From a virus, in IMG/VR virus record IMGVR_UViG_3300021378_000010, positions 1 through 64,000 of that record: 64,000 nt of DNA; one strand, given 5' to 3'. The notes below the pieces were generated by a model. It was not told where the DNA came from. It made no database searches and saw only the letters and a list, made by a program, of their open reading frames with translations. Shown piece after piece: positions 28,922 to 39,906 of the stretch. The translations under genes were made by a program, and so were the position numbers. Position 1 is the first letter of the stretch; the number at the start of each line of letters is the position of its first letter.

Positions 28922-30511
28922 TTAGAACTCTATAATAATCTTGAATAGCTCTCTTGAGTCTTCATTTCTTTCGATTGGAAAGAAATCATTCATGTAGTAA
29001 ACGTCACCGGTTTTCGGTTCATACGTCGGATATGTAATTGTATTTATTTCAATTAGATTACCTTGAGAATCAGTAAGAAACAAATTAGGATCAATTGAAA
29101 AGCTAGTATTTGCTGCATTTTCGTACGGCCCATGATAATCGGTTAGGTAAATAGTATTTGCAGATATTTCATGAAGTATAGAAGAAAACGCAACTTCGTT
29201 GTTTGTGTCAACCTGAGTAATTTGTTCATTGACTGTAAATGATTCGGTCGTAACGACTTCTACTTCTATTCTATTATCAAATATATCAGTATTTGATGTA
29301 AATTCTGGATTTTTTACTAGACCAATTTTTGAAAAGCTATTTACCACGGGAATAGTAACATTGTCTAGTTCTGTTATTTCAGAATATATCATACAATGCT
29401 TGCAACCCAACTCATCTACGAGATTGGAAACGTGGCCACCTCTTGGAGATAATATCGGTCGCAATATTACTCTTACGTCCAACCTATTTTCGTCAGTTGG
29501 ATCGAATGCAAATGGATCTATTACACTAGCAGAAACGTTTGTATATCCAGATCCAGTATTGATAACACTTATACTAGTAATAGCACCATTTACTATATTT
29601 GCTTTTGCAAATGCGTCTATTCCATCACCCAATATTTCAATTCTAGGTAAAATTTCAAATGTCGTGATACCATCACCAGGAAGTATAATGCCATCTGTCG
29701 AAGGACTGCCAGAAAGTCTTATGATACCATTTCCTGTTACTGTATCGAAAGTATAATTACTTATAGTATAATAACTCGAAAGACCGCTTTGAGTATTGAA
29801 CGCATAAAACAGTCGATCTGAATAGTAATTTGAAATTTCAGAAAACGAATAGCCATTGCCGGCTTTTAGAACGATAGTATCAAAAAAGTCTGTTTCCGAA
29901 ACTGTCGTGGTATTTACCTGAAATACAGATCCTTCAAATTTTTCGTAACCATTATTTTCTTGATTGTTTTCTACAATTATTTCTTCAACGACGGATGTTT
30001 CAAATGATGTATTTGCTATTAAAGTATTTGCAGTAATAGGAATATAACCAAACGTGTTATATTTGTCAAAATCAGTTTCTGTAATGACGTACATCAGTCT
30101 CCAAATATATCCATCACCACTTCCCGCATCTGTGCTTGGCGGGAATCTAGATGGCAATCCATAATTATTGAATAGGCATTTATAAACTCTATAATCACCA
30201 GTGTCATTATTCTCAGAATAAACTACTGTATAATATTTCTTATCAGATAAATCTATTGCATCGTCATACTGATCATATATCAATCCAGATTGCCATGGAT
30301 AATTTTTGATCATATAAAAAAAGTCTGTTTCTGGATCTATTTTTTTACCAAAAATAGTTTTTTCTAAAAATTCATTTTTAGAAACTGACGAGTTTACTGC
30401 TGTGGTTCTACTGATGGAAGAGCCAAATATAAAATAGTCATTGGTTTCTAGATCATTCAGAAAAAATCTGACTGAATCTGATCTGAATTTACTTGTAATG
30501 ATATTGGCCAT
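28922..30511 (-). CDS. Baseplate wedge subunit, gp8-like
   Basis: W-x-SG-x-x-YD-x-YD, YRVYKCLFNN, DGYIW-x-x-MY, and ILSP-x-GGH motifs. Confidence 0.75.
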   Translation of the reverse strand: MANIITSKFRSDSVRFFLNDLETNDYFIFGSSISRTTAVNSSVSKNEFLEKTIFGKKIDPETDFFYMIKNYPWQSGLIYDQYDDAIDLSDKKYYTVVYSENNDTGDYRVYKCLFNNYGLPSRFPPSTDAGSGDGYIWRLMYVITETDFDKYNTFGYIPITANTLIANTSFETSVVEEIIVENNQENNGYEKFEGSVFQVNTTTVSETDFFDTIVLKAGNGYSFSEISNYYSDRLFYAFNTQSGLSSYYTISNYTFDTVTGNGIIRLSGSPSTDGIILPGDGITTFEILPRIEILGDGIDAFAKANIVNGAITSISVINTGSGYTNVSASVIDPFAFDPTDENRLDVRVILRPILSPRGGHVSNLVDELGCKHCMIYSEITELDNVTIPVVNSFSKIGLVKNPEFTSNTDIFDNRIEVEVVTTESFTVNEQITQVDTNNEVAFSSILHEISANTIYLTDYHGPYENAANTSFSIDPNLFLTDSQGNLIEINTITYPTYEPKTGDVYYMNDFFPIERNEDSRELFKIIIEF

Positions 30512-30541
30512 ATCCGTCCTAACAAAATTAGTAGTTACCTT

Positions 30542-30549
30542 TATTTATA
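30542..30549 (-). promoter_or_regulatory. T4-type late promoter TATAAATA
   Basis: Exact motif 31 nt upstream of ATG 30511. Confidence 0.7.
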
Positions 30550-30554
30550 CCGGT

Positions 30555-32705
30555 TTACGGTTCTATTTCTTCTGGAATCAAAAACTTGGGGGTGTATCTG
30601 ATATTTCTAGATCTATTGAGATAATTTTCCAATCTAAATCTACTAAAGTTTTTGGTACCGGAAACATGCATTAATTCTTTGAGTAATTCTTCATATTCAG
30701 TTTGATTTACACTAGATATTATCTGATAAGAATATTCTTGATAGAAATCACTATCTTGTAAGAACTTGCCAGAATCAAAATATTTAGTAGATTCATTTGA
30801 AACTACGTATCCATTTAAATGAGATTCTAAACTAGACCAAAATCCACCAGTAATTCCTGTGCCTTTGCATTGCATTATACCTCTTGATGCCACGTTTCCA
30901 TCAGAGTCTATGAGATCTACTACTTGACCATCTCTATATCCGAATCCAGAATTTATAATATCTACAGTCAGTACTCGGCCTGTTGCAAACTGAGTATCTG
31001 GATCTACTATCGCGTTCAATCCATACTTATTTCTAGAATAATCTGTTTCTATAGCTGTAATGGTGTAGTCATTATTCTTATATGTTAAAGGATCATCAAT
31101 ATTGAAACCGTAATATGAGTAAGGCAGCACTGTTATGCTTTTATTTACGATGTCAATAACCTTTCCCTCAAATTCATTTTGAGAAACAGTATCTCCTATT
31201 GAAATAGCCGCATTAATTTCATTTAGTGTTATAATTTGAGGATAACGATCAAAAGCGTTCATTACAGGATCTTGAACAATAACAAACACGTCGTTTACGT
31301 AGTCAAAGCCCGGATCTATGTTGTCGAATGATTTGATGGAACCAATCTGAAACGGTGTAAGGTCGAACGCGTCTTCCAGTGCAGTATCTATTGTTATTGG
31401 ATCTGTGTTTCCAGACATTGCAACTAGTGCTGGAGGATCATTATAATTACTAGCATCTATCGAAACGTTTGCAAAATTGCCTATTACATCAGTAATCAAC
31501 GAAACATTAGCTGAATTTTCTAATTCTGCTAAAATTACATCTGATGTATTAGCAGTTTCTGGATAAAGATTTCCAGGAGAACTGCTATTTTTTGGAGTAA
31601 TTGCAAATATATAAGACGCGTCAAACGTAACATTCGAATCTCTATCAAGAGTAGATATGCTCGACGTATTTGCAAATTCATTGTTAGCATCCAATTTAAA
31701 ACCAACAAAATTTTCATCGTATCCAATGACTGTAGCTTTATTACCGAACTGATCTTCAACTCTTTCTAACGGAATAAAATCAGAATTTTCTATTCCAACA
31801 TTTGCAGCGTATTTAATACTTTGATTTGAAACAAGAAGCTTAGTATTTTCTAATGTGTAGCCAAAACCGCCGTCAGTTACCGTGTAACTGATCTGACCAG
31901 TAAATGTATCATTTACGCTAGTTATTACAGCTTTAGCATCAAATCCTTGCGTAGAAGATATCGTAAGCACATCTCCTATGCGGTTTCCAGTAGTTCCGTT
32001 AAAATCTCCATCGATGATAATACCATCAACAGAACCAAAGACTCTTCCGAATGAAACAAGTTCGCCATCTATCTTTGTAAAGATATCATCGTATCCGATA
32101 AATTTACCTTTCATTTTGTTAAGATAAAGAACGGGCGTGACAGTATTATTTAGTACTCTGATATTAATTTTATCAACGATGCCAGTAGCTCTTGAAACTG
32201 ATCCGCTAATTGTTCTTCCACTCAAGTCTTCATAAGTAAAAGTTCTATCAAGTTCTGCAGAATAAAATCTTCCTGAGTTTGGAAACAGTTGGATGTAAGG
32301 ATTTATTTTCCATTCAGATGTAGAAGGTTTGAACATATCTTCAGCTGGATAATAGATTTCTATATTTTCTTGAAAGAATAATCTAAAGAATAGCTTAAGA
32401 CCTTCTGAGGTTCCTCTTCTACGATAAAGGCTCATTATGTTTTTGACTATAAAACGCGTATTTTCCTCATCAAGAGGCAACTCACTAAGAAACTTATTTT
32501 TGAAAAACAGCAGCATTTTTGGTAGCGTTGTATCGATATCTCTATATTCAAAAAGTCTGCGCGCATTATACACTGACTGGTTTTCATCAGTCTCGAGCCA
32601 TTTATAGTACTCTTCTACGATTGCTATAAGCTCTTTACCGCTTTCTTTATAGATCGCAGGAAATTGCTGCTCTATAAGAAATGATATATTTTTTTCTACT
32701 TGCAT
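30555..32705 (-). CDS. Baseplate wedge subunit, gp7-like
   Basis: QFP...YY-x-WLE...RDID-x-T...LY-x-x-RGT...FFRLFF at the N-terminus; LQDSDFYQEYSY...H-x-SG at the C-terminus. Located between gp6 and gp8. Confidence 0.7.
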   Translation of the reverse strand: MQVEKNISFLIEQQFPAIYKESGKELIAIVEEYYKWLETDENQSVYNARRLFEYRDIDTTLPKMLLFFKNKFLSELPLDEENTRFIVKNIMSLYRRRGTSEGLKLFFRLFFQENIEIYYPAEDMFKPSTSEWKINPYIQLFPNSGRFYSAELDRTFTYEDLSGRTISGSVSRATGIVDKINIRVLNNTVTPVLYLNKMKGKFIGYDDIFTKIDGELVSFGRVFGSVDGIIIDGDFNGTTGNRIGDVLTISSTQGFDAKAVITSVNDTFTGQISYTVTDGGFGYTLENTKLLVSNQSIKYAANVGIENSDFIPLERVEDQFGNKATVIGYDENFVGFKLDANNEFANTSSISTLDRDSNVTFDASYIFAITPKNSSSPGNLYPETANTSDVILAELENSANVSLITDVIGNFANVSIDASNYNDPPALVAMSGNTDPITIDTALEDAFDLTPFQIGSIKSFDNIDPGFDYVNDVFVIVQDPVMNAFDRYPQIITLNEINAAISIGDTVSQNEFEGKVIDIVNKSITVLPYSYYGFNIDDPLTYKNNDYTITAIETDYSRNKYGLNAIVDPDTQFATGRVLTVDIINSGFGYRDGQVVDLIDSDGNVASRGIMQCKGTGITGGFWSSLESHLNGYVVSNESTKYFDSGKFLQDSDFYQEYSYQIISSVNQTEYEELLKELMHVSGTKNFSRFRLENYLNRSRNIRYTPKFLIPEEIEP

Positions 32706-34492
32706 TAGTTAGACTCTATCATGTTGATAATTACATCCTGGTTTCGTATTACAAAAACTCTACTTTTTGGTGCAATAATATCGTTTCTTACTGTATCTGC
32801 AAAAATCTTAATAGCTGGTAAGCTATAACCATCTGTTACAAAGTTTACAAGTCTTACTTCTCCGGTATCATAATTGACAGTACCTATACTTGGCTCAAGT
32901 ACCTGAGTATTGACGGTATCGCTACTGATAATTTGCATTCCGCCAGTACCATTATCTTGAAGAAGAGCGCAAACATTATTGTATGAAAATATCGAGCTTT
33001 TGATTGCTGGCTTATAGTCTGAAAAACCGCTTGCTTCACGAAATGGATATGGTTTTACAAGAGACTGCGCAAAATTAAATCTAGGATTTTCAATTCGGTT
33101 TAGATCTGGAGAATATTCAATAATGGGTTTCGCAATAATTCTATTACTCAGTATTCCTTCGTCTGATTCATCTATGGCAGCACTAAGTCTAGATAGGCGA
33201 AGTGTAGAACCAAACTGATTAAGATTGTTAAGGCTAAACTGTGTTATGGTGTTACGAATAATAGCTTCAAGTTGTTGCGAAGATTTACTCGTAAACTTTC
33301 TTGAATAATAAACATTGATTGCTGTATTGAGATATAAGAATGCAGGATCGACAAATACTGGCTCAATCGTGAGTGGGCTTTTTTCTGATAAGAAATTAGT
33401 GTATTCATTTTTTGCAGTATCTGATAACAACTTATTGCCAAGTAGATTTACAGATACTGCAACACGGCCAAACCGAGGAGGATCTAATTCATCACCGCCG
33501 TACACGGATATAGATTGAATGTCTGGAAAATTCTGCTTGAGAAGTACTTCATAGTCTCTTGCAGTTACCGCGCGTTCTTGAATTTGAACAGATTTTGGAG
33601 CAAAGAAACGAATGCTTTCGATAGTTTCTCTTTCTGATCCGCCAGCAGCAGTAGATACTGTAGTCACTAAAGCATTTTGAAATCCAGTAGAAAATTTAGA
33701 AACTCCGTTTGCTTGTTCACCACTGCAAATTCGGTAACGAACCTTTACATCTTCAAAGTTTTTTGGCTGTTCACCAAACAGGTTTTTTCCAAAATAAATT
33801 GAATACCTACCATCAAAATATGGAGCAAGATAAAACACTTTGCTTTCAGGTCCCACTCCAAAAATATCAGTAGTAAGAAAAAACTGATTTTCGCCTTCAG
33901 TAGCTTCTTCGTCAATAAACACTTCAATCGTTCTCGTGTCAATATTTTCATTTGTAAGATTTGCTCTTAGTGCGCCATCATCGTCTACGAAAAAACCGTC
34001 TTTTTCAAAACCATCGAGGATTTCACCCTCATAAATCGAAACTTCATCCGCTATATATACTCCATTTGTAGTCCTACGTGCGACGTAAACTTGATCTGTA
34101 ATAAACGAAAAAATTTCACCATCCGCAAACCCAGAAAACTCGGTAAATTTTGGTATCTCAATTGTTGGTTCTGTATTTGTAGGATCATCTATTCTAACTC
34201 TTACAATTGCGCGTGCAGACTGCATAGATCTTGGCGTGTAGTTAAGTTCTTTTGCATGCGACATTACGGAGTTTCTCAAGACAGCCGAGTCGAGAAACAT
34301 TTCATTGATAGCCATATTTGTATAATAGTTATTCATAAAGGTATTATATGAAAGCACGTCAAGTAGCACACTCATATTCGAACCTTCAAAGTCGTAGTCC
34401 TTGAATTGAGATTGTTCTCGATTTAAGAATTCTATGAATTGGCTTTTGATAGATTGAAAGTCAATATTATTGATTGGTGTTTTGAGTGCCAT
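32705..34492 (-). CDS. Baseplate wedge subunit gp6
   Basis: DF-x-x-IK...FKDYDFEGSNMSVLLDVLSYNT...NEMFLDSA-x-LR-x-SV-x-SHAK-x-L-x-Y-x-PRS and Q-x-RAVT-x-x-DY. Confidence 0.92.
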   Translation of the reverse strand: MALKTPINNIDFQSIKSQFIEFLNREQSQFKDYDFEGSNMSVLLDVLSYNTFMNNYYTNMAINEMFLDSAVLRNSVMSHAKELNYTPRSMQSARAIVRVRIDDPTNTEPTIEIPKFTEFSGFADGEIFSFITDQVYVARRTTNGVYIADEVSIYEGEILDGFEKDGFFVDDDGALRANLTNENIDTRTIEVFIDEEATEGENQFFLTTDIFGVGPESKVFYLAPYFDGRYSIYFGKNLFGEQPKNFEDVKVRYRICSGEQANGVSKFSTGFQNALVTTVSTAAGGSERETIESIRFFAPKSVQIQERAVTARDYEVLLKQNFPDIQSISVYGGDELDPPRFGRVAVSVNLLGNKLLSDTAKNEYTNFLSEKSPLTIEPVFVDPAFLYLNTAINVYYSRKFTSKSSQQLEAIIRNTITQFSLNNLNQFGSTLRLSRLSAAIDESDEGILSNRIIAKPIIEYSPDLNRIENPRFNFAQSLVKPYPFREASGFSDYKPAIKSSIFSYNNVCALLQDNGTGGMQIISSDTVNTQVLEPSIGTVNYDTGEVRLVNFVTDGYSLPAIKIFADTVRNDIIAPKSRVFVIRNQDVIINMIESN

Positions 34493-34909
34493 TTATCTGA
34501 TTCTCTCTAGAAATACGTTGAATTGTATTGGTTGAGCAATATTTGTAATATAGAAACGAATAGTAGCTTCAACCTTATTATCGTCTATTGTTGATTTAAC
34601 TTCCACATCAATGAGTTCTGCTCTTGGCTCATATTCTTCTATCGTCGTTGCAATCTGCTGTTCAATCATTTTGAGCACTGCAGGAGTAAGATTTTCAAAA
34701 AGCATCGCACGTATGTTTCCGCCTATAAGCGGTTGCATAAGACGTTCACCTTTGTCAGTTAAAATCAAATTTTTAATAGACTCTTTCACTGCTTCTTCAT
34801 CGCGACGTAATGCTAAATCTCCAGTAGTTGGATTTTGTGTCAAGTCCTTATAGATGTCTGAGTAAAGACTGATCTTTTTTTGTCTTGGTGAGAGTAATTG
34901 TACTACCAT
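34493..34909 (-). CDS. Baseplate wedge subunit gp25
   Basis: YSD...AVK-x-SIKNLILT-x-x-GER-x-x-x-P-x-x-G...LFE...YEPR. Confidence 0.92.
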   Translation of the reverse strand: MVVQLLSPRQKKISLYSDIYKDLTQNPTTGDLALRRDEEAVKESIKNLILTDKGERLMQPLIGGNIRAMLFENLTPAVLKMIEQQIATTIEEYEPRAELIDVEVKSTIDDNKVEATIRFYITNIAQPIQFNVFLERIR

Positions 34910-36529
34910 TTACGATCCCCATGACCTTCTGCTATTAATATCAACGTGTACAAACCTTATACCATATCTGCCAATTCCTAAAAATCCAACTTCAAGAGCT
35001 TTTCGAATAAACTCTTCTCTGCTATCGATATTTATGCCACTCCATTTTATGTCAAGAGCTCTTCCTGATACGTGAGGTGCGTCATTAGAAGGAAAAGCAA
35101 CACCTTGAATTCTTTCTCCTCTCGCAAGGCTAGCCAACGCCTCAGCTCGCGTCAACCCGCGCTTTTGTAAAGTATTGAGATAAATGATGGTCTGCTCTTC
35201 TAATGTCCTGTGCGCACTTATAACAATTAATTTTCTTCCAAAACTTCTTTGTAATGCCACTATTTTTCTTTTTACGTCAGGCACAACAGGCTCCCAATCT
35301 TCTCTTGTTACGTTCATTTGAAACCCTGCAGTACCTGAGTTCAATTGTTCCCAAGTTGGTATGCTATCTATTTCAGAAGCAGTTGGAGGTCTTTGATACG
35401 ATCCAGCAGTTTCAAATCTTTCTCTAGCTATATTTATTTGAGCTATTCTTTCTTCTTTGGAATATCTTATTGCACCATCGGTAACTGCAGCTGCAGTAGC
35501 TAAATTACTAGATGCCTGTATACTTTTAAAAATATTACGATAGTTGCTTATCATATTTGAAAGATCTGTTTTTGTAGCATTAATAGCGTTTTCCATATTA
35601 CTTGCAAAAGAACAAAATCTGTAAACAAGAAACTGTATTTCATCAAGAGAAGGATCTTTGAAAACTCCAACCGCATAACTAATAAGGTTATCTACCTTTT
35701 TTAATAGACTATCAATATTTTCTTTATCAAAAAACGCAAGAGCTTTTTCTTTCAGTTTTTGAAACCTATAAAGAATTTCTTCATTTACAAATGTTTCTAT
35801 TTCTCCTACTATAGACTCAATTGTTAGATTTTCAATTGCAAATCTTACATTATTTACTACTTGATTAATTATATCGTTTATTTCTTTTTTGATTCTATTA
35901 ATTAGTTGTTTCATTAATGCTTTTGGTATTTCTCTTCTGAAACGATCTAATAAACCGCCAATTAAACCAGATATAGTGAAGTTAGTTATAAAATCATTAA
36001 TGTCGGCAAACACCGCACTTGCATCTTCAACAAAGTTGAAAAAATCACTGATAGCACTAAAAACACTTGGCATAAGAGAACAAAAGGAACCTATTGCGCT
36101 TTGAGTAAAGTTGTTTTTATAAAAGTTATTGAGCTGAGATTTTACCAAAGTTGTATTTGTTATTAGCGTGTTATTTAGACTTTCTGGAGTGTAAAGATAT
36201 GCATCGAGATAACTAGCATATTCAATTGGAGTTATAAAAAGCGTACTATCCAGTCTATTATTTAGTTCTGGATAAAGGTCAAGATTTTCTTTAAGAGCTG
36301 GATTACTGTTTAGATTTTGAAGTCCTTTTCTAAAAGCGTCTTCACCATATTGCTCTACAAGACGTCGTATAAGCGTGCTTCTATATGAAGATTCTATATC
36401 AGCCGCCACAGCATTTGAGTACTGTTCTATCGCGGTTACAGAAAATTCTGGCAGTAGCGTACCATCAGAAGCTACTGTGTTTGATAACGGAGCTATTAAT
36501 ACTTCGTTTGGATCTTTACATATTGCCAT
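34910..36529 (-). CDS. Baseplate-associated protein with C-terminal peptidase M15 (Zn D-Ala-D-Ala peptidase-like) domain
   Basis: C-terminal ISAHR...PHVSGRALDI...GF-x-GIGRY...FVHVD, the M15 zinc-ligand pattern. Confidence 0.7.
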   Translation of the reverse strand: MAICKDPNEVLIAPLSNTVASDGTLLPEFSVTAIEQYSNAVAADIESSYRSTLIRRLVEQYGEDAFRKGLQNLNSNPALKENLDLYPELNNRLDSTLFITPIEYASYLDAYLYTPESLNNTLITNTTLVKSQLNNFYKNNFTQSAIGSFCSLMPSVFSAISDFFNFVEDASAVFADINDFITNFTISGLIGGLLDRFRREIPKALMKQLINRIKKEINDIINQVVNNVRFAIENLTIESIVGEIETFVNEEILYRFQKLKEKALAFFDKENIDSLLKKVDNLISYAVGVFKDPSLDEIQFLVYRFCSFASNMENAINATKTDLSNMISNYRNIFKSIQASSNLATAAAVTDGAIRYSKEERIAQINIARERFETAGSYQRPPTASEIDSIPTWEQLNSGTAGFQMNVTREDWEPVVPDVKRKIVALQRSFGRKLIVISAHRTLEEQTIIYLNTLQKRGLTRAEALASLARGERIQGVAFPSNDAPHVSGRALDIKWSGINIDSREEFIRKALEVGFLGIGRYGIRFVHVDINSRRSWGS

Positions 36530-36543
36530 TTCTTCTCCAATTA

Positions 36544-38286
36544 TTATGGTCTTCTAGTAATTTCAGCCTCAAGCTGTGGTACAATTCTAGAATTATAACC
36601 GCCAGGGGCTGTATATGAAGCACGCTCCTGCGGTACTTCAAAATAATTTGTAAACCAATTTGCAGCTTCAAGTGAAGAACTAAAACTCGTATTTTTAAAT
36701 CTTGTGCCAGTGTTTTCTTGATTAAAAGTGTATTCAAGTTGACCATCAACATTTGTCTGCCAATTTGGCACAGCCTGAACAAATGGATCTAATCTTCCTG
36801 CACCTTTATTATATTGGAATAATCCAAAACTATCTCCGTTGTCACCAATAGCTCCAGGTCTGAATGAAGATTCTCTATTGATGTTAGCCATGGCACCTAT
36901 GGCTTGCTCGTGAGTTAATCCTGCATCTCTAAGCTTATCGTAAACTTGCTGTCTAGATATTCTTGTTTGACCTAACGTAGTATCTAACTGATCTGGATTT
37001 TCGTCATTACTGTTGAGTTCATCATCTCTTGAAGTATATCCAGCACTACCTAACAATCTTGTGTTTCGATAACCAACAGTAGAAGTAGATTTTTCCGGTG
37101 GTTCTGGAAGATCCGTACCAGCAGCAGGAAGAGCACCTCCTGGTGCTCTGGAAAGTTGGTTGGCAAGAAAAATGACATTGTCAATAGCAACAAGTGCTCC
37201 TCTGACGCTCGTCTGAAGACCACCGCCAAAACTTGCTTGAAAATTTGCTTTTAGATTTGCATTGAAAGATGCTTGCATGTTAACATTAAAGGCTTTGAGG
37301 TTAAAGTCTTCATCACAAGTAATGTACGTATTTCTAGCAGATTTTATGTTGACGTTTGAAGAATTGGCTTCAATTCTAATTTGCGCGCCTCTTGCTTGAA
37401 TTTCTTCACTTGCATTGAGATTTATTTGACCACCAACTGAAAGTAAATGATTGCCATGAACAATTTGAACTAGGTCACCTTTAATTTGTTCAATTTTATT
37501 GCCTTCAACGTAAACGTGAGAATCGCCCATAATTGTTACAGAGCTTCTTCCACCGATATAAACCATGTTGTTTTCATCATTCACTTCGTAGTGATCTGAT
37601 TTTGATTTATCTACTCTCGTTCCATTCGAGTCTATTTGTATAAATGACCCACGATGCCAAGCCATAAAACGTTCTGCGCCTTCTGTAGAATCTAATTCTA
37701 CAACAGTTTTTCCGTCTGGTGATTCGTAAACAACATTATCTGGATATTTAGCAGCGTATGCAGTAGAAGGTTCTGACCAAGTCGTAAAATTGCTAGGAGA
37801 GCTTGGATTTTGCGCAACTTTTACATTTAAAGCACGATTGTTTTCTTGCTCAAGAGGGTAATTTTCTTCTATGTATTCACCTCTAGCAAGATCGTGGTTT
37901 TGCGGTTTTCCGAAGTCTTCTGGTAGTGAACCTTTTGATCTGGAATTAGCATTTTCTTCGGGAAAATTTCCCCAACCGCTTCTTTCAGGATCAAGTATTT
38001 CGCTCATGAAGGTTGGTATCGTTCCAAGTATAAGAGGCTGTTGCGCATCACGTCCGTCTAAAAATACTCCTAAAACCCAATGGTTTTGCTGTGGAAGTAC
38101 GTTCATTTGATAATTGCCCGCCACGCAAATAGCCCAAGGAAGATCTTCTGTGGGTATCTGATCGATTGTGCCATGAACACCAAACGCCCTAACTCTTACT
38201 CGAGATTCGTGTCTTTTATCAACTCTTTCTTCTACAACGCCAATAAAGAAAAGAGGATTTCGTATTCCTACTCCAGTTTCAAACAT
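36544..38286 (-). CDS. Baseplate hub/spike gp5-like protein with C-terminal phage tail lysozyme domain
   Basis: FFIGVVE...RVRVR-x-FG-x-H...LPWA...F-x-DG-x-x-x-QQP-x-ILG (gp5 OB fold), beta-helix repeats, and C-terminal G-x-MANI-x-RES...GLFQY. Start at ATG 38286. Confidence 0.85.
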   Translation of the reverse strand: MFETGVGIRNPLFFIGVVEERVDKRHESRVRVRAFGVHGTIDQIPTEDLPWAICVAGNYQMNVLPQQNHWVLGVFLDGRDAQQPLILGTIPTFMSEILDPERSGWGNFPEENANSRSKGSLPEDFGKPQNHDLARGEYIEENYPLEQENNRALNVKVAQNPSSPSNFTTWSEPSTAYAAKYPDNVVYESPDGKTVVELDSTEGAERFMAWHRGSFIQIDSNGTRVDKSKSDHYEVNDENNMVYIGGRSSVTIMGDSHVYVEGNKIEQIKGDLVQIVHGNHLLSVGGQINLNASEEIQARGAQIRIEANSSNVNIKSARNTYITCDEDFNLKAFNVNMQASFNANLKANFQASFGGGLQTSVRGALVAIDNVIFLANQLSRAPGGALPAAGTDLPEPPEKSTSTVGYRNTRLLGSAGYTSRDDELNSNDENPDQLDTTLGQTRISRQQVYDKLRDAGLTHEQAIGAMANINRESSFRPGAIGDNGDSFGLFQYNKGAGRLDPFVQAVPNWQTNVDGQLEYTFNQENTGTRFKNTSFSSSLEAANWFTNYFEVPQERASYTAPGGYNSRIVPQLEAEITRRP

Positions 38287-39656
38287 TAAGTGCTCCAATC
38301 ATATTTTATTAGTCTCAAATTAGTTTTGAGCTCTTCTAGTTGAATACTGTGATTCGCAGTATGTACCAAATAATTACCAGAAAGCTGTCTATTTTTACTT
38401 CTATTACTCTTAGAATTGAGTTCTTGTATTTCGAGGTTTACAACGCTTCCTGGTTTGATATCTAAACGACCTCTTAATGAAACATTTATTGCCGTGCTAT
38501 TTATATGATGATTATAAGATGTTCTCTGCTGAATTATGTTTCGAATAAACTGATCTGAGTTTAGCGCGCTAGGAATAGATCCCGCGCTCGAATAATCCTT
38601 AAAGACAATATATCGTTTTGCATTTTCTCTAGTAAAAGTATCACGTGTAAATTTTTCGGTATGAATATATGATTCTGGAGTATGAGGCGCACCATTCATA
38701 TCTAAAAAGTTCGCGTTGTCAAGATAGCTAAAATGTTGCGAATCTAATGAATTCACAGTTCTTCGAGTGAGATCAATTTCAATCACTCTGTTCATATATC
38801 CTCCAGAATACATGTCATCCGCAGTATCAACTCTGTTTGGATAATGTATTTTTTCAACACTCAAAATTTGTTGAGCAATGTCTCTTGGATCTTTACTTAT
38901 TTGCGGCGCGTATACCAGTTTTAGAATTTCATTTTGTCTATTTGCATAGCTGATAAGATATTCATCTGAAACAAAATAAAAGTCGTCGAGAGTTTCGAAA
39001 AATCTGAAAGAACAAGAAGTAAATCCTTGACCACTAACATAAGCACGTGTTGAAAGAAAATACATCGCTTCTGTTGGGCTGTAATTTGGAATAATTCCAT
39101 TGAGCTGTCCTTCAGTAGGCTGAACTATAAAACTTCTTTCAGTATTACCGATACCATATCTTTGACCAGCAAAAGGAAGCGATATTGCGTTGTTATCAGA
39201 AATGGGACTGAAGTATTTTTTGAAAATCTTTTTGACCATTCCACTTGCAGACGGATAAAAAGTTCCGTCTCGAATTGGTTCTACTATACGCCTTTTACTA
39301 GCTTCGAATGATATTCTTGAAACGAAATGAAGATAATATCCCAATCCATCATTTGCATCGTTTATAGTAATATTATCAGCTTTGTACACTTGCAAATCTA
39401 GGGTTTTCTTTGTATCAGTATCGTTTGAACTCAATACAATAGTGAGTCTTTCTTCTCCTCGAATTGGAAAATCTTCTAACATTCCTACATTATCTGTAAT
39501 TTTTATAGAACCATTATATGCAGCTGCTTCAATAGACTGAGAAAAGTTTATCTCAGTTACTAAAAGATCTATACGCTCACTTACTCTACCATCGTAACTA
39601 GTAAGAGTAACCTCATCAATACGCATTTTAGAAGGTGATGGAAGAGAATTACTCAT
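38286..39656 (-). CDS. Baseplate hub protein (gp27-like)
   Basis: G-x-I-x-I-x-D...PI-x-GEE-x-L, F-x-FFET, and C-terminal G-x-V...SGNYLV...H. Position upstream of gp5. Confidence 0.6.
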   Translation of the reverse strand: MSNSLPSPSKMRIDEVTLTSYDGRVSERIDLLVTEINFSQSIEAAAYNGSIKITDNVGMLEDFPIRGEERLTIVLSSNDTDTKKTLDLQVYKADNITINDANDGLGYYLHFVSRISFEASKRRIVEPIRDGTFYPSASGMVKKIFKKYFSPISDNNAISLPFAGQRYGIGNTERSFIVQPTEGQLNGIIPNYSPTEAMYFLSTRAYVSGQGFTSCSFRFFETLDDFYFVSDEYLISYANRQNEILKLVYAPQISKDPRDIAQQILSVEKIHYPNRVDTADDMYSGGYMNRVIEIDLTRRTVNSLDSQHFSYLDNANFLDMNGAPHTPESYIHTEKFTRDTFTRENAKRYIVFKDYSSAGSIPSALNSDQFIRNIIQQRTSYNHHINSTAINVSLRGRLDIKPGSVVNLEIQELNSKSNRSKNRQLSGNYLVHTANHSIQLEELKTNLRLIKYDWST

Positions 39657-39906
39657 TTCTAATTGATTCTATAAATTCTTTTTCAATTTGAGGAAGAAAC
39701 GCGCGATCTACTAAGAAAATTTCGCGTTTATTATCATTAAGCGATTTTTCATAATCATACACCCTATAAGGCTTCCATTCTTCAGGAATAATTCGTTTAA
39801 TTACTATTCTTCTGCCAGCTTCAGTTCTTAGAATTACACGATCTTCTTTACGAAGAAAAATTGTTCTAAAACTGTTAGGAGAAATTTTTACTATATCTAC
39901 TGCCAT
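39649..39906 (-). CDS. gp53-like baseplate wedge protein, C-terminal part (separate ORF)
   Basis: YDYE-x-x-LND-x-KR-x-I-x-L matches the usual gp53 C-terminus. Preceded by a GAGG RBS. Confidence 0.6.
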   Translation of the reverse strand: MAVDIVKISPNSFRTIFLRKEDRVILRTEAGRRIVIKRIIPEEWKPYRVYDYEKSLNDNKREIFLVDRAFLPQIEKEFIESIRNE

